NCBI GenBank assembly: GCA_040005235.1
Contig: JBDTZG010000069.1
Coordinates: 1 to 26,854 of the forward strand
Direction of reading: 5' to 3'
Origin: Acidobacteriota bacterium
GTDB lineage: Bacteria > Acidobacteriota > Thermoanaerobaculia > Multivoradales > UBA5704
DNA length: 26,854 bases
The translations under genes were made by a program, and so were the position numbers. Position 1 is the stretch's first letter. Each line of letters starts with the position of its first letter. Below, one piece after another: positions 26,447 to 26,854 of this stretch. The notes under the pieces are model-generated. The model had not been told where the DNA came from and ran no database searches. It was given only the letters and a program-made list of their open reading frames with translations.

Positions 26447-26553
26447 CTCGGCCAATTGTAACCCTAGGGCTCGGCTGATTGAAACCCTGGGCCTCGGCTG
26501 ATTGCAACCTTACCCCTCGGCTGATTGAAACCCTGGGCCTCGGCCGATTGAAA
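26447..26553. repeat. Array of 23-bp direct repeats (4 full + 1 partial) abutting the start codon of the AAA_14-DUF4143 gene
   Basis: Units at 26447 ctcggccaattgtaaccctaggg, 26470 ctcggctgattgaaaccctgggc, 26493 ctcggctgattgcaaccttaccc, 26516 ctcggctgattgaaaccctgggc and 26539 ctcggccgattgaaa. Confidence 0.92.
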
Positions 26554-26614
26554 GGATCGGGGTAACTTGCCCGGCTTCTCGAGGTCCTCAGCCGGCGGTC
26601 ACCAGGACGGTGTC

Positions 26615-26639
26615 GGGGCGGCCCACCCGAGGCCGCCCC
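26615..26639. other. GC-rich hairpin downstream of the peptidase gene (terminator-like or REP-like)
   Basis: ggggcggcc-cacccga-ggccgcccc, a perfect 9-bp stem with no U-tract. Confidence 0.45.
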
Positions 26640-26732
26640 CCGTCTCTACTCATTCGGTCCTCCGCAAAGAGCCCTTCGGCCCGGCCGAGCGCGGGCGCAC
26701 GACCGAACCGTGCGACTCTTTCGAAACCCATA

Positions 26733-26854
26733 CTACTTTCCGGATTTCAAATGCTTGTCATACCAGGCGAGATACCGCTCGAAGCGGTCCTTCTGGTAGC
26801 TCGGCTTGCGGATGCCGTGGTTCTGGCCGGGGTAGATGATCAGCTCGGTTTCGA
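26733..26854 (-). CDS. S9 family (prolyl oligopeptidase/acylaminoacyl) peptidase, C-terminal fragment
   Basis: Hand translation ETELIIYPGQNHGIRKPSYQKDRFERYLAWYDKHLKSGK-stop (TAG at 26735-26733). The YPG..HG catalytic His motif and W.DK.L ending are typical of S9. Confidence 0.88.
   Translation of the reverse strand, partial: ETELIIYPGQNHGIRKPSYQKDRFERYLAWYDKHLKSGK

Noticed and set aside
26447-26553. 23-bp repeats as a mini CRISPR array
   Set aside because: Units are contiguous, the variable part is only ~8 nt and is identical in two units, and no cas genes are present.
26567-26839. 90-aa plus-strand ORF
   Set aside because: Overlaps the S9 peptidase 3' end on the opposite strand and the intergenic hairpins; no protein features.

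Overview
GC-rich bacterial window from an organism with an outer membrane (an outer-membrane beta-barrel gene is present; Acidobacteriota-like gene content is my inference only). No rRNA, tRNA, CRISPR array, transposase or integrase was recognised. From left to right: (1) a giant secreted repeat protein of more than 2184 aa on the minus strand. It runs off the left edge, so the ORF track misses it. It is built from SdrD B-like domains and four copies of an unnamed ~179-aa Cys-bracketed domain, and sits divergent from a SARP/BTAD-AAA regulator with an 11-bp tandem direct repeat between them. (2) YfiT/BstA, an enoyl-CoA hydratase and a small hypothetical protein. (3) A membrane-anchored Ser/Thr kinase-fold protein lacking both catalytic Asp residues. 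(4) A lower-GC two-gene islet encoding a PD-(D/E)xK-like protein and a helical/OB-fold partner, next to a motif-rich non-coding stretch. (5) A metal-uptake operon (outer-membrane barrel, ZnuA-like, ZnuB-like, DUF1572, no ATPase), headed by a CxxC/RAPP DUF2946-type upstream ORF and a Shine-Dalgarno (SD)-sequestering hairpin. (6) An MsbA-type ABC exporter and a REP-like palindrome. (7) A TIR gene that looks frameshifted, coupled to a transmembrane STAND-like ATPase whose membrane segment has anomalous composition. (8) An AAA_14-DUF4143 gene preceded by five 23-bp direct repeats that contain its putative promoter. (9) The 3' end of an S9 peptidase. All family assignments come from motif recognition by eye; no searches were run.
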